Positions 9,195 through 18,500 of a stretch of 64,000 nt of DNA are shown in pieces. The DNA is from Anaerolineae bacterium (GTDB lineage Bacteria > Chloroflexota > Anaerolineae > Epilineales > Epilineaceae), in contig JBGAUA010000003.1 in assembly GCA_044228875.1 (NCBI GenBank), positions 8,401-72,400 of the forward strand. Direction: 5' to 3'. The position numbers and the translations under genes were made by a program. Position 1 is the first letter of the stretch, and the number at the start of each line of letters is the position of its first letter. A model generated the notes under the pieces. It did no database searches and had not been told where the DNA came from. It worked only from the letters and a program-made list of their open reading frames with translations.

Positions 9195-10817
9195 TCAGCC
9201 GTCGGCTGCCGAAGCCGCGTCGGACGCACCTTCCGGTAGCGTGAAACGGAACACCGCACCACCCCCGGGGTTCGGTTCCATCCAGATCCGGCCACCATGG
9301 GCCTCCACGATGCCCTTGCTCACCGCCAGGCCCAGACCGGTTCCGGACACCTGCCTGGCCTGGCCCTCCGGGCCGCGGAAGAAAGGCTCGAAGATGCGCT
9401 CGGCCAGTTCGGGCGCAATACCCGGGCCGCGATCGGCCACGCCGATCTCCAGCGACGCCGGTATCCTCTCGCCTGACCGCCGCAAGGTCAGCACGATCTC
9501 TCCCCCCTCAGGCCAATACTTGACCGCGTTGGCCACGAGGTTGCCCAGAACCTGCGCGATACGATCGCGATCGATGCTCAGGCGGCTGGAAGCAACCTGG
9601 AGCGTCAGCAGGATGGGGTGACGATCGCTCAAGGTCGACAGGTCGTCGACGGTCTCCCGCAGAAAGGCCACCAGGTCCACCGCTTCCCGGCGCAGCACGA
9701 AGTTGGCGCTGCCCAGTCGCGCGAGGTCGCTGATCTCGTCCACCAGACGGGCCATGAGCCGCGCCTTGTCCAGCACCAGCTCGCCCCATCGCGCCCGCGA
9801 GCCCGGCGGGGCGTCAAGACGATCGTGGAGGAGGCGCGCATAGCCCAGCACGCTGGTCAGCGGCGTGCGCAGCTCGTGGCTGACCACTTCCACCACCGCC
9901 CGCAAGCGATCTCTCGCCTCGAGGGCGCGGGCGTTCTGGGCCCGGAGCTCGGCTTCCAATCGTGCGCGCTCGGTGATGTCCAGCACCAGGATGACGATGC
10001 CCACCACCCCCCGCGACGGGTCTCCCAGGGGAATGAAGGACAGGCCCAGCGACTGCTCCAGTCCATGGGGATCGGCGCCGCGGACCAGACTGAGATGTCC
10101 CGGCGTGCCCCTGAGGGCCGCCTCCATCGCGTCGCGCGCCCGCGGACGGCCCAAGACCGGCAGGACGGCAATGGCCGCCCGGCCCACGAGCGCCTCGACC
10201 GGCTGTCCCAGGAGCCGCGCCAGGGCGGCGTTGGCGCTGGTCACGCGCTGCCGGGCGTTCACCGTCAACATGCCCAGGGGCGCGTCCTCGGAGACAACCA
10301 TCTGCTCCAAGGCCGCGGGTGGCGGCTGTGACGCCAGCCGGGCTTGTTCGATCAGGAGCGCCGCGGCATCGGCGAGCATCGCCACCCGCACCCGCTCCTG
10401 CGGCCCGAACGCGTCGGGGCGGCGGGAGGTCAGCTCGACCACGCCCCAGACCACCGAGCCCGCTCTCAGGGGCTGCCCCAGAAAGCTGCGGACCGGATCG
10501 ACCCCCTCCCAGTCCTGGCGCCGGCGGAGCGCACGCGGGTCCAGGGTGGCGTCGGCGCTCAGGACGGAGCGACCGGTCGCCAGCACCTGGCCCACCAGCC
10601 CCTCGCCTGAGGCGACCCGGTGACCCAAGGCACCGGCGGGCAGCCCCGCGCCGCCGACCAGGGCCAGATCGCCATGGTCCACATCCAGGAGGTAGAGGGC
10701 GCCGGCTTCCGCCCCGGCGGCGGCAGCGAGCCCGTCCACCAAGCCATCAAGGGTGGTCTGGAGGTCGCGCCGGGGGATCGTGGGGACGGTGGGGGCCACC
10801 GATGTCGACCGCTGCAT
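9195..10817 (-). CDS. cytoplasmic sensor histidine kinase (GAF-PAS-HisKA-HATPase_c)
   Basis: H-box VSHELRTPLTSVLGY and G-boxes GTGLGLAVSKGIVEAHGGRIW. Upstream GAF-like (LYLLDVDHGDLALVGGAGLP...GLVGQV) and PAS-like regions, no TM. The upstream ~720 codons of track ORF 9195..12980 are antisense to ntrC/rpoN and are rejected. Start is at MQRSTSV (ATG 10817). Confidence 0.9.
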   Translation of the reverse strand: MQRSTSVAPTVPTIPRRDLQTTLDGLVDGLAAAAGAEAGALYLLDVDHGDLALVGGAGLPAGALGHRVASGEGLVGQVLATGRSVLSADATLDPRALRRRQDWEGVDPVRSFLGQPLRAGSVVWGVVELTSRRPDAFGPQERVRVAMLADAAALLIEQARLASQPPPAALEQMVVSEDAPLGMLTVNARQRVTSANAALARLLGQPVEALVGRAAIAVLPVLGRPRARDAMEAALRGTPGHLSLVRGADPHGLEQSLGLSFIPLGDPSRGVVGIVILVLDITERARLEAELRAQNARALEARDRLRAVVEVVSHELRTPLTSVLGYARLLHDRLDAPPGSRARWGELVLDKARLMARLVDEISDLARLGSANFVLRREAVDLVAFLRETVDDLSTLSDRHPILLTLQVASSRLSIDRDRIAQVLGNLVANAVKYWPEGGEIVLTLRRSGERIPASLEIGVADRGPGIAPELAERIFEPFFRGPEGQARQVSGTGLGLAVSKGIVEAHGGRIWMEPNPGGGAVFRFTLPEGASDAASAADG

Positions 10818-10844
10818 GACGGCGATTGTATTCGGGTTTATAAT
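10816..10844 (+). promoter_or_regulatory. candidate promoter of the ntrC-like/rpoN operon (ATGACG-17-TATAAT)
   Basis: A perfect TATAAT at 10839-10844 lies inside the only AT-rich patch of the 63-bp divergent spacer. The -35 is weak (ATGACG) at 17-nt spacing. ATG at 10881. Confidence 0.35.
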
Positions 10845-10852
10845 GTCCGCAA
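10825..10852 (-). promoter_or_regulatory. candidate promoter of the kinase gene (TTGCGG-16-TACAAT), apparently leaderless
   Basis: The minus strand reads TTGCGGacattataaacccgaaTACAATcgccgtcATG. The -10 ends 7 nt before the ATG at 10817, and no SD is present. Confidence 0.3.
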
Positions 10853-10880
10853 AGCGTACACGGACGTCAGGGTATCGCCC

Positions 10881-12260
10881 ATGCCATCCCAGGTCCTCAT
10901 CATCGACGACGATAGCGCCATCCGCGAGTTGCTCCGGGAGTTTCTCGCGGAGGAGGGCCTGACGACGCGTGAAGCCGCCTCGGCGGCCGAGGCCCGCCAG
11001 GCCATGATGGCCGCGGATCCCGACGTCATCCTGCTGGACATGTGGCTGCCCGACGGCGACGGGCTGGACGTGCTGGACAGCCTGCGCGGTCGCCCGGAGA
11101 TCCCGGTGATCGTCATCACCGCTGACTCCAGTTCGTCGCGGACCATCCGCGCCATGCAGGCCGGGGCCTTCGACTACCTGGTGAAGCCGCTGGAGCCCGA
11201 AGCAGTGCGCGCCGCGATACGGCGGGCCCTTGAGCAGCAGCGCATGGCCCGCGACCTGCGCGCGACCGTCCTCCCCGACGGCCGCGAGCGCATCGTCGGC
11301 AGCGGCGCCGCCATGCAGGCCGTCTACAAGCTCATCGGCCGTATCGCAGACGCCCAGGCTTCGGTGCTCATCACCGGAGAGACGGGCACCGGCAAGGAGC
11401 TGGTGGCGGAGACACTGCACCAGAACTCCAGCCGTCGCGCCGGGCCGCTCATCAGGGTCAACTGCGCCGCCCTGCCGGAATCGCTCCTGGAGAGCGAGCT
11501 CTTCGGGCACGAGAAGGGTTCGTTCACCGGGGCGATCGGTCTGCGCAAAGGGCGCTTCGAGCTGGCGCACGGGGGCACGATCTTCCTGGACGAGGTGGGC
11601 GAGCTCAGCCCGGGAACCCAGAAGAAGCTGCTGCGGGTCCTGCAGTTCGGAGAGTTCGAGCGGGTCGGCGGGTCGGTGACCCTGCAGAGCGATGCCCGCG
11701 TCGTGGCGGCGACCAACCGAGATCTGGAAGCAGAGGTGCAGAAGGGTCAGTTCCGCGAGGATCTCTATTACCGCCTCAACGTCCTCAGGATCGCCTTGCC
11801 GCCGCTCAGGGAGCGGCGGGAGGACTTCCCCGCCCTGATCGCCCATTTCCTGGATCGCTACCGGCCGACCCCGGGCGCGCCGGCGGCCAAGATCAGCGCG
11901 CCGGCCATGCGGCAGCTCATCTCCGGCGACTGGCCCGGCAATGTCCGGCAGCTGGAGAACAGCATCCAACAGGCCGTGGTCCTCTCCGGCGGGCGAGTCA
12001 TCACCCCGGAGCACCTGCGTCAGTCGCCGGTCGGCCCCGCAGCGGACAGGAACCACCTGGATCTGGCCGCCCTCGTGCGTGAGTCCGTGCCGCTGAAATC
12101 CGTGCTGGCCAAGGTCGAGCGCGAGATGATCGTCGAGGCCTTGCGACAGGCCGGGGGCAACCGCAGCGAGGCGGCCCGCATGCTGCACATCTACCGGCGT
12201 CTGCTCTACGAGAAGATCGACGAGTACGGCCTGGGCAACGGCGCCAAGGAACGGAACTAG
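10881..12260 (+). CDS. sigma-54-dependent response regulator (NtrC family bEBP: receiver + AAA+ + Fis-type HTH)
   Basis: Receiver VLIIDDD...ILLDMWLPDGDG...YLVKP. AAA+ domain GETGTGKELVAETLH with ESELFGHEKGSFTGA (GAFTGA-type loop). C-terminal HTH GNRSEAARMLHIYRRLLYEKIDEYGL. Confidence 0.95.
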   Translation: MPSQVLIIDDDSAIRELLREFLAEEGLTTREAASAAEARQAMMAADPDVILLDMWLPDGDGLDVLDSLRGRPEIPVIVITADSSSSRTIRAMQAGAFDYLVKPLEPEAVRAAIRRALEQQRMARDLRATVLPDGRERIVGSGAAMQAVYKLIGRIADAQASVLITGETGTGKELVAETLHQNSSRRAGPLIRVNCAALPESLLESELFGHEKGSFTGAIGLRKGRFELAHGGTIFLDEVGELSPGTQKKLLRVLQFGEFERVGGSVTLQSDARVVAATNRDLEAEVQKGQFREDLYYRLNVLRIALPPLRERREDFPALIAHFLDRYRPTPGAPAAKISAPAMRQLISGDWPGNVRQLENSIQQAVVLSGGRVITPEHLRQSPVGPAADRNHLDLAALVRESVPLKSVLAKVEREMIVEALRQAGGNRSEAARMLHIYRRLLYEKIDEYGLGNGAKERN

Positions 12261-12263
12261 GCC

Positions 12264-13655
12264 ATGTTCCTGGGCATGAGCGGCAGTCAGCGGCAGGAGA
12301 TGCGTATCTCTCCCAGCCTGATCCAGTACACCCAGATCCTGCAGCTGTCGGGGTTGGAGCTGCGGGACCTCATCATGCAGGAACTGGAGGACAACCCCGC
12401 CCTGCGTCTGGAGGAGCGCGGCATCTGCCCGGCTTGCGGCGATCCGCTGCGGACCGATGGCATTTGCTACCGCTGTCGGCGCGGCGAACGACTGGAGGTC
12501 GCCGAAGCCCACGCGCTGCTGGAGGCCGGCGACCCCGATGAAGCCTACGACGCGATCATGGCCATTCCCGACCAGGCCAGCCTGGAAGAGCACCTGATCA
12601 TCGAATTGGGGGCGGTTCTCCAGGAGGAGGACCTGCCGATCGCCGAGTTCCTGGTGGGCGAGCTGAACGATCGTGGCTTCCTCGAGACGCCGCTCGATCT
12701 GGTCGCCGCCACCTTGTCCGTGCCTTTGCGCCGCGTGGAGATGGTTCTGGACGCCCTGCAGCATGTGGGTCCGCTGGGGATGGGCGCCCGCTCCGTCCGG
12801 GAATGCCTGGCCATCCAGCTGTCGCGGCTGGAGGAGCAGATGGGGCCCCTGCCCTTGGTGCGCGCCCTGATCGAGGAGCACCTGGAGGACCTGGCGGCCG
12901 GCCGCTACGCCCAGCTGGCCGGCCGGCTGGGCGTCGATCAGCCCGAGATCCTGGGCGCTCGCGACCTGATCCGCGCCCACCTGCGGCCCTATCCCATCGC
13001 CGAGGACATCGATTCGGCCATCTGGGAGCGGGGTTCCACGACGGGCGCCGCCGCCCCCGACGTCATCATCCGCGCGGCAGAGGACGGCGAGTCCTTCCTG
13101 GTGGAGGTGGTGGAGTCCCGGCGCTTCCAGCTCTCGGTCAACCCGGTCTATGACGATCTGGCCTCCAGATTGCAGGGAAGGGCCAAAGCCCCACCAGGGC
13201 TGTCAGCCCAGGACCGCCAGCACGTTCAGGACCAGGTGAAGCGCGCCCAGAGCTTCCTGGGCTTCGTCCAGGAGCGACGCAACACCTTGGAACGGGTCTC
13301 GTCCTTCATCGTGGGACAGCAAGCAGGGTTCCTGCGGCAGGGTCCGAGCGCCCTGCGACCGTTGACCAGGGCCGAGGTGGCCGCGGCCTTGAGCCTGCAC
13401 GAGTCGACCATCAGCCGCGCCACCAAGGACAAGTTCGCCATGCTGCCCAACCGGCGGGTGGTCCCGTTCAGCACCTTCTTCCACGCCGCACTATCGGCCC
13501 AGGACGCGCTGCGGTCCTTGGTGGAGGACGAGCCGCATCCATACACCGACATCGAACTGGCCGAGCTGCTCAAGGCAAAGGGCCATCCCATCTCCCGCCG
13601 CACCGTGGCCAAGTACCGGCAGCTGCTGGGCATCCTGCCGTCCAACCTGCGCTGA
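12264..13655 (+). CDS. rpoN: RNA polymerase sigma-54 factor
   Basis: Region I: MRISPSLIQYTQILQLSGLELRDLIMQELEDNPALRLEE. C-terminal HTH LHESTISRATKDKF. RpoN box ISRRTVAKYRQLLGILPS. Starts 3 nt after the bEBP stop. Confidence 0.9.
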   Translation: MFLGMSGSQRQEMRISPSLIQYTQILQLSGLELRDLIMQELEDNPALRLEERGICPACGDPLRTDGICYRCRRGERLEVAEAHALLEAGDPDEAYDAIMAIPDQASLEEHLIIELGAVLQEEDLPIAEFLVGELNDRGFLETPLDLVAATLSVPLRRVEMVLDALQHVGPLGMGARSVRECLAIQLSRLEEQMGPLPLVRALIEEHLEDLAAGRYAQLAGRLGVDQPEILGARDLIRAHLRPYPIAEDIDSAIWERGSTTGAAAPDVIIRAAEDGESFLVEVVESRRFQLSVNPVYDDLASRLQGRAKAPPGLSAQDRQHVQDQVKRAQSFLGFVQERRNTLERVSSFIVGQQAGFLRQGPSALRPLTRAEVAAALSLHESTISRATKDKFAMLPNRRVVPFSTFFHAALSAQDALRSLVEDEPHPYTDIELAELLKAKGHPISRRTVAKYRQLLGILPSNLR

Positions 13656-13667
13656 CCAGAGCCTGCT

Positions 13668-15392
13668 GTGGCCCATCTGTCGATCGCGTTGAGCGGAGGG
13701 GTCCGCTGTACCCTCGACGGCCGCAGCCTGCCCCCGCCGCCACGGCGCGACGTCGTCCGCCTGCTGGCATACCTGGCGCTGCACGCGCCGGCGGCCATTC
13801 CCCGATCGGCGCTGGCCGCGGATCTCTGGCCCCAGCTGCCGCCGCCGCGCGGACGGGGCAACCTGCGCCTGATCCTCCACACCCTGCAGCGCCACCTGAC
13901 CGCGGCCGGCGTGGATGCCGTCTGCCTGCGGGTCTCTCCGGAAACGGTGGGCTGGGATCCCTCCTTGCGGGTGACCGTCGACCTCCGGCAGACCCTGGAG
14001 CTGGCCGGGTCCCTGCCCGTGGCAGTGGACGCGGACGCGCTCACGGTTCCCGATGGCACCCTGCCCGATTGGCCTGATCCGTGGTTCGACGGCTGGCGTC
14101 GCCGCTTCGACGACGCTCGCGGGCAGCTGCTGGCGCATCAGGGAGCGCTGCTGGAGGCCGCCGGACGGCCGGCGGCCGCGCGTCAGGCCGCGCTCCGCCA
14201 GCTGACCCTGCGGCCGACGGATGAGGCGGCCCACATGCGTCTGGTCCGCCTTGCGGCGGCCGAGGGCGATCTGGCCGGCGCGCGGCAGCAGTTCGAGCGC
14301 TGCTGCCAGGTCTTGGAGGATGAGCTGGGCCAGTTGCCGGCGGCGGAGTCGCTGGCATTGGCCCGTCGGCTGTTCGGCCCACCGCTCGTAGAGCGAGCGA
14401 CGACGCCGTCCGTCGGCCTTCGGGCGAGCATGGGCGGCATGACTCGCGCCGCGGCGATCCCCTTCATCGACCAGCTGGGGCGGCTGGCCCAGGTGGCCGA
14501 TCTCAGCCGCGATCATCGACTCCTGGTACTGATCGGTCCGGCCGGCTGCGGCAAGAGCCGCCTGCTGCAGGCCTTGCGCGAGAGGCCGGGATCGGCGCCG
14601 ACCTGGGTTGACCTCGACGGTCTCGCACGCGACGGCAGGGTCGTCGCACACATCGATCGGGCGCTTGAACAAGCGGTGGCCCCCGGCGCGGCGAGGCTGT
14701 TGCTCATCGACCATGCCGAGGCCGCCGCGAACCCGGGCCTGGGGCCTCTGCTGCGGGACCGCCTGCGAGCGAGTCCATCCTTGCGCCTGGTAGTTGCCAG
14801 CAGGATTCCGCTTCTGATCGGTGGCGAGCGTCTCTGGCGCGTGCCGTCGCTGTTGACGCGAGCGTCCGCTGAAGCGGGCCAGTCCGTTTCGCGATCGGAG
14901 GGCTTCGCCTTCCTCGCCGCGGCCTTGGAGGACCTCGACCGCGATTCCACGGGCCGCGGCGACCCCCTGGAGGAACTGGTCGCGGCGCTGGAAGGTCGGC
15001 CGCTGGCCCTGCTCGCGGCGGCCACCGCCCTGCGGACGGCGCCGGATCGGGCCGCCCAGGCGCGACGGCTGGCCACGCAGTCCGAACTGCTCCTGGACAT
15101 CCCTGTGGCCGGAGCCCGTCATGGCAGTCTCGCCGACGGCCTGGCCGCGGACGCGTCCTGGCTGGAGCAGAATGCCCTGGCGAAGCTGCCCTACCTGGCC
15201 GGCATCCCAGGCAGCTTTGGCCCGCGGGAGGCCAGAACCTGCATGGCCGGGCTCGACGAAGACGCCGTCTGGGATCTCCTGGGCCATCTGGCGCGCGGCG
15301 GCCTGCTGTCCCCGCTCCCACCCGTTGGGGGCGAACCCCGCTTCCGGCTCGATCCCCTGGCGCGCGTCTTCTGGTCGCGCCGACTTGGTTGA
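13668..15392 (+). CDS. SARP/AfsR-family transcriptional regulator (winged-helix + BTAD + P-loop NTPase)
   Basis: N-terminus LSGGVRCTLDGRSL...VVRLLAYLALHAPAAIPRSALAADLWP...LRLILHTLQRHL (OmpR-type wHTH of SARPs). BTAD-like EAAHMRLVRLAAAEGDLAGARQQFERCCQVLEDELGQLP. Walker A LIGPAGCGKSRLL. Confidence 0.8.
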   Translation: MAHLSIALSGGVRCTLDGRSLPPPPRRDVVRLLAYLALHAPAAIPRSALAADLWPQLPPPRGRGNLRLILHTLQRHLTAAGVDAVCLRVSPETVGWDPSLRVTVDLRQTLELAGSLPVAVDADALTVPDGTLPDWPDPWFDGWRRRFDDARGQLLAHQGALLEAAGRPAAARQAALRQLTLRPTDEAAHMRLVRLAAAEGDLAGARQQFERCCQVLEDELGQLPAAESLALARRLFGPPLVERATTPSVGLRASMGGMTRAAAIPFIDQLGRLAQVADLSRDHRLLVLIGPAGCGKSRLLQALRERPGSAPTWVDLDGLARDGRVVAHIDRALEQAVAPGAARLLLIDHAEAAANPGLGPLLRDRLRASPSLRLVVASRIPLLIGGERLWRVPSLLTRASAEAGQSVSRSEGFAFLAAALEDLDRDSTGRGDPLEELVAALEGRPLALLAAATALRTAPDRAAQARRLATQSELLLDIPVAGARHGSLADGLAADASWLEQNALAKLPYLAGIPGSFGPREARTCMAGLDEDAVWDLLGHLARGGLLSPLPPVGGEPRFRLDPLARVFWSRRLG

Positions 15393-15504
15393 ACCCGTCC
15401 TGGACAACAGGCTCGAGCAGACGCGGCCACGGGCGGCTACCCGAAAGACGGCGGGCGGTGGTGGCCGATGCACGTTGCCCGATTCCGGATGTAGAATCGG
15501 CGCG

Positions 15505-18500
15505 ATGGCTGCCGATCCCCGCTGCTCGAATGATGGGTCCCCTCGACCGAGGACGCGTCGGCCGGGACAGGGTGCCTCTCGCCCGGCCCTGGTGATCGCG
15601 CTCGTCCTCGTCGCGGGCGGTCCGCCGCTGGCGCTGCGCGCGGAATCGCCCGAACACCGCGTCTTTCTACCCCTCCTGTCGCCATCACCGCGAAGGGCCG
15701 ACCCGCCGGACTTCAGCCGGACGCGCGGCTTTCAGGAACGCCCCTTCACCTTGAGTCTGCGGGCTGCCGACGGCCTCGTCATCCGTTACAGCCTCGACGG
15801 ACACGCGCCGGTGCCGGACCGCGGTCAGATCTACACGGCCCCCATCCCCATCGCCCACAGCGTCGTGGTGCGCGCCCTGGCCTACCGGCCGGAGGGCGGC
15901 TTCGCTCCGTCGGCGGTGGAGACCCATAGCTTCGTCTTCGGTGAGTCTGTGTTCCGCCAACCGGCCGCTCCACCGAGGCTGCCCAGTGAATGGGGCGTCG
16001 GCGTGGAGATGCCGGAGTTGGGCCCCGTAGCCGCCGATTACGGCATGGACCCGCGGGTGATCGACGATCCGCGCTACGCGCCCCGCCTGCAGAAGGCGCT
16101 GCGCGATCTTCCAGCGCTGTCCCTGGCCCTGGACCCGGATGACCTGTTCGGTGCGGAGCGCGGCATCTACCGCCACGCCACCGGCGAAGGCCCCGACTGG
16201 GAGCGGCCGGCTTCGGTGGAGCTGATCCGGTCGGACGGCGTCGCCGGCTTCCAGGTGGATGCCGGATTGCGCATGGCGGGCGTGGCCAGCCGGCATCACC
16301 AGTTCACGCGCAAGCACAGCTTCAGCCTGCGTTTCCGCTCCCGCTACGGCAGCCCCCGCTTGGACTATCCGCTCTTTCCCGAGTCGTCCGTGACCCGCTT
16401 CGACACCCTGCGCCTGCGCGCAGGCTTCAACGACAGCTTCGCCTTCGTTCCCTGGCGCGGGCAGTACCTGCGCGATGCCTGGGGGCGGAGCAGCCAGCGC
16501 GACATGGGCTGGCTGGCCCCACGGGGCCGCTTCGCGCACCTCTTCCTGAACGGCCTGTACTGGGGTCTCTACGAGATGGCCGAGGAGCCAACGGCGGCCT
16601 TCGCCGCCGATCACCTGGGGGGGCGCGAAGCGGACTACGACGTGGTCAAGTCGGCCGAGCGCGGCGAGGAGGGCGTGGAGGACGGCAACCGCATCGCCTA
16701 CGAGCGCCTGATCGCGATGACGGATCTGGCAGATCCGGTCCATTACCGGCAGGTGGCCGATCTTCTGGACATCGACGCCTTCGCCGACTACATGCTGCTC
16801 AACATCTACGCCCTGAACCTGGACTGGCAGACCAACTGGCGCGCGGCCCGCGATCGGGTCACCGGCTTCGGCTTCCGCTTCTTCAGCTGGGACACGGAGA
16901 TCAGTCTGGACCTCCTGCAGCCGGGCCATCGGCTGTACGAGCCGGCCTACGAGGATGACGTCTCCGTCACGATGGGGGTCGACGGCCTGCACGATCGGCT
17001 GATGCGCAGCCCGGAGTACCGACTGGCCTTCGCCGATCGTGCGCGCCGCCAGCTCTTCGCCGGCGGTGCCTTGACCGACGGGGCGGCGGCCGAGCGCTAT
17101 CGCCGCCTGGCGGCTCAGATCGAGGACCCGATGATCTTGGAGTCCGCCCGCTGGGGGGACAGCCCCCCCGGCGGGCTGGCGCGGCGGGACGGCGGCGCGC
17201 TGTGGGATGCCTATTTCGCCGCCAAGGGTCCTGGCGCGCCACAGACCCAGGGCCAGGAATGGGCCGCGGAGCGCGACCGTTTGCTGAACGACTTCTTCCC
17301 CCGGCGGGCGAACCGGGTGCTGTGGCAGCTCTGCGACCGGGTGCTCTACCCCCCCCTGGTGGCGCCGGTCTTCGAGCCGGGTGGGGGGCCGCTGGTCGCG
17401 GCCACCCGCGTGCTCATGGCACCGGACGCGGGCGGCTGCCCGGGCGCCGACCGGCGCGGCACCATCTATTACACGACGGACGGAAGCGACCCGCGCCTGC
17501 CCGGCAGCGGCCATCCGGACATCCCCTGGTCGGGGCAGATCGCCCATACGGCACAGGCCTACAGCCATCCCGTCGCGCTCGACGGCTACACCGTCCTGAA
17601 GGCCCGGGCCGCGTTGACCCACCAGGGCAACCTGATCTGGAGCGCCTTGAGCCACGCGAGCTACGGCAGCCCGCGCCTGGCCTTCGACGAGCTGCATTAC
17701 CAGCCGCCCGGTGAGGGCCAAGACCTCGAGTTCGTCGAGATCGTCAACCTGGAACGGCAGCCGGTGGACCTGAGCGGCGCGTCCACGGGCGGCATCACCT
17801 ACACCTTCCCGGCCGGCGCCCTGCGGGCACCAGCCGCGCGGGCCGTCCTGATCCGCGATCCGGACGCCTTCACCCTGCGACATCCCACGGTGCCCGTCGC
17901 CGGGGTCTATTCCGGGCGGCTGGCCGATGATGGTGAGCGCCTGACCCTGACCTCCTCCGGCGGCCAGTTGCTGGCCGAGGCCGTGTACCGCTCCGACGGC
18001 TTCTGGCCGCAGGCTCCGGCGGGGCAGGGCTACAGCCTGGTGCGGGCCGGCGGCACCGGTTCCGGCGCCGCGGCGCCGGAAGGGCCCGATACCTGGCGTG
18101 CCAGCACCGCCCCCGGCGGCTCACCCGGCCGCGGCGACCCACCGCCACCCTACGTTCCGGTGTGGATCAACGAGGTGTTGCCGCGTCCCCAGCCGCCCCT
18201 GGAAGGCGCCGTGGAGCTGTTCAACCCCGGTCCGGCGCCGGCGGACGTCTCCGGCTGGTGGCTGAGCGACGACCGCTCTCGCCTGCGCGGACACCGGCTG
18301 CCGTCGGGAACGGTGCTGCCTCCTGGCGGCTACCACGTGGTCTACCAGGCCCATTGGGAGCGGGATCCCGCGCCGTTGCGGCTCTCGCCGGCCGGCGGCG
18401 AGATCCTGCTGAGCGCCGCCGACGCCCTCGGCCAGCCGACGGGTTTTCTGACCGGCTTCCGCTACGGCGCCGCCCAGCCCAACCGCTCCTTCGGCCGCCT

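Noticed and set aside
10818-12980. Upstream ~720 codons of the 1,261-aa track ORF 9195..12980 (-), which would make a giant kinase.
   Set aside because: This part is antisense to the clearly recognisable ntrC-like and rpoN genes, translates to low-complexity Q/G/A/R/L-rich sequence without domains, and is a typical high-GC antisense artefact. The kinase starts at ATG 10817.
15462-15478. Possible sigma-54 promoter TGGCCGATGCACGTTGC upstream of the CotH gene. Also TGGCGGCGGCATGC at ~22956 and other TGG..TTGC pairs in 22902-23312 and 56537-56895.
   Set aside because: GG-to-GC spacing is 14 nt (or 11 nt for the 22956 site) instead of the invariant 12, so no site meets the -24/-12 geometry. No sigma-54 promoter can be claimed from this window.
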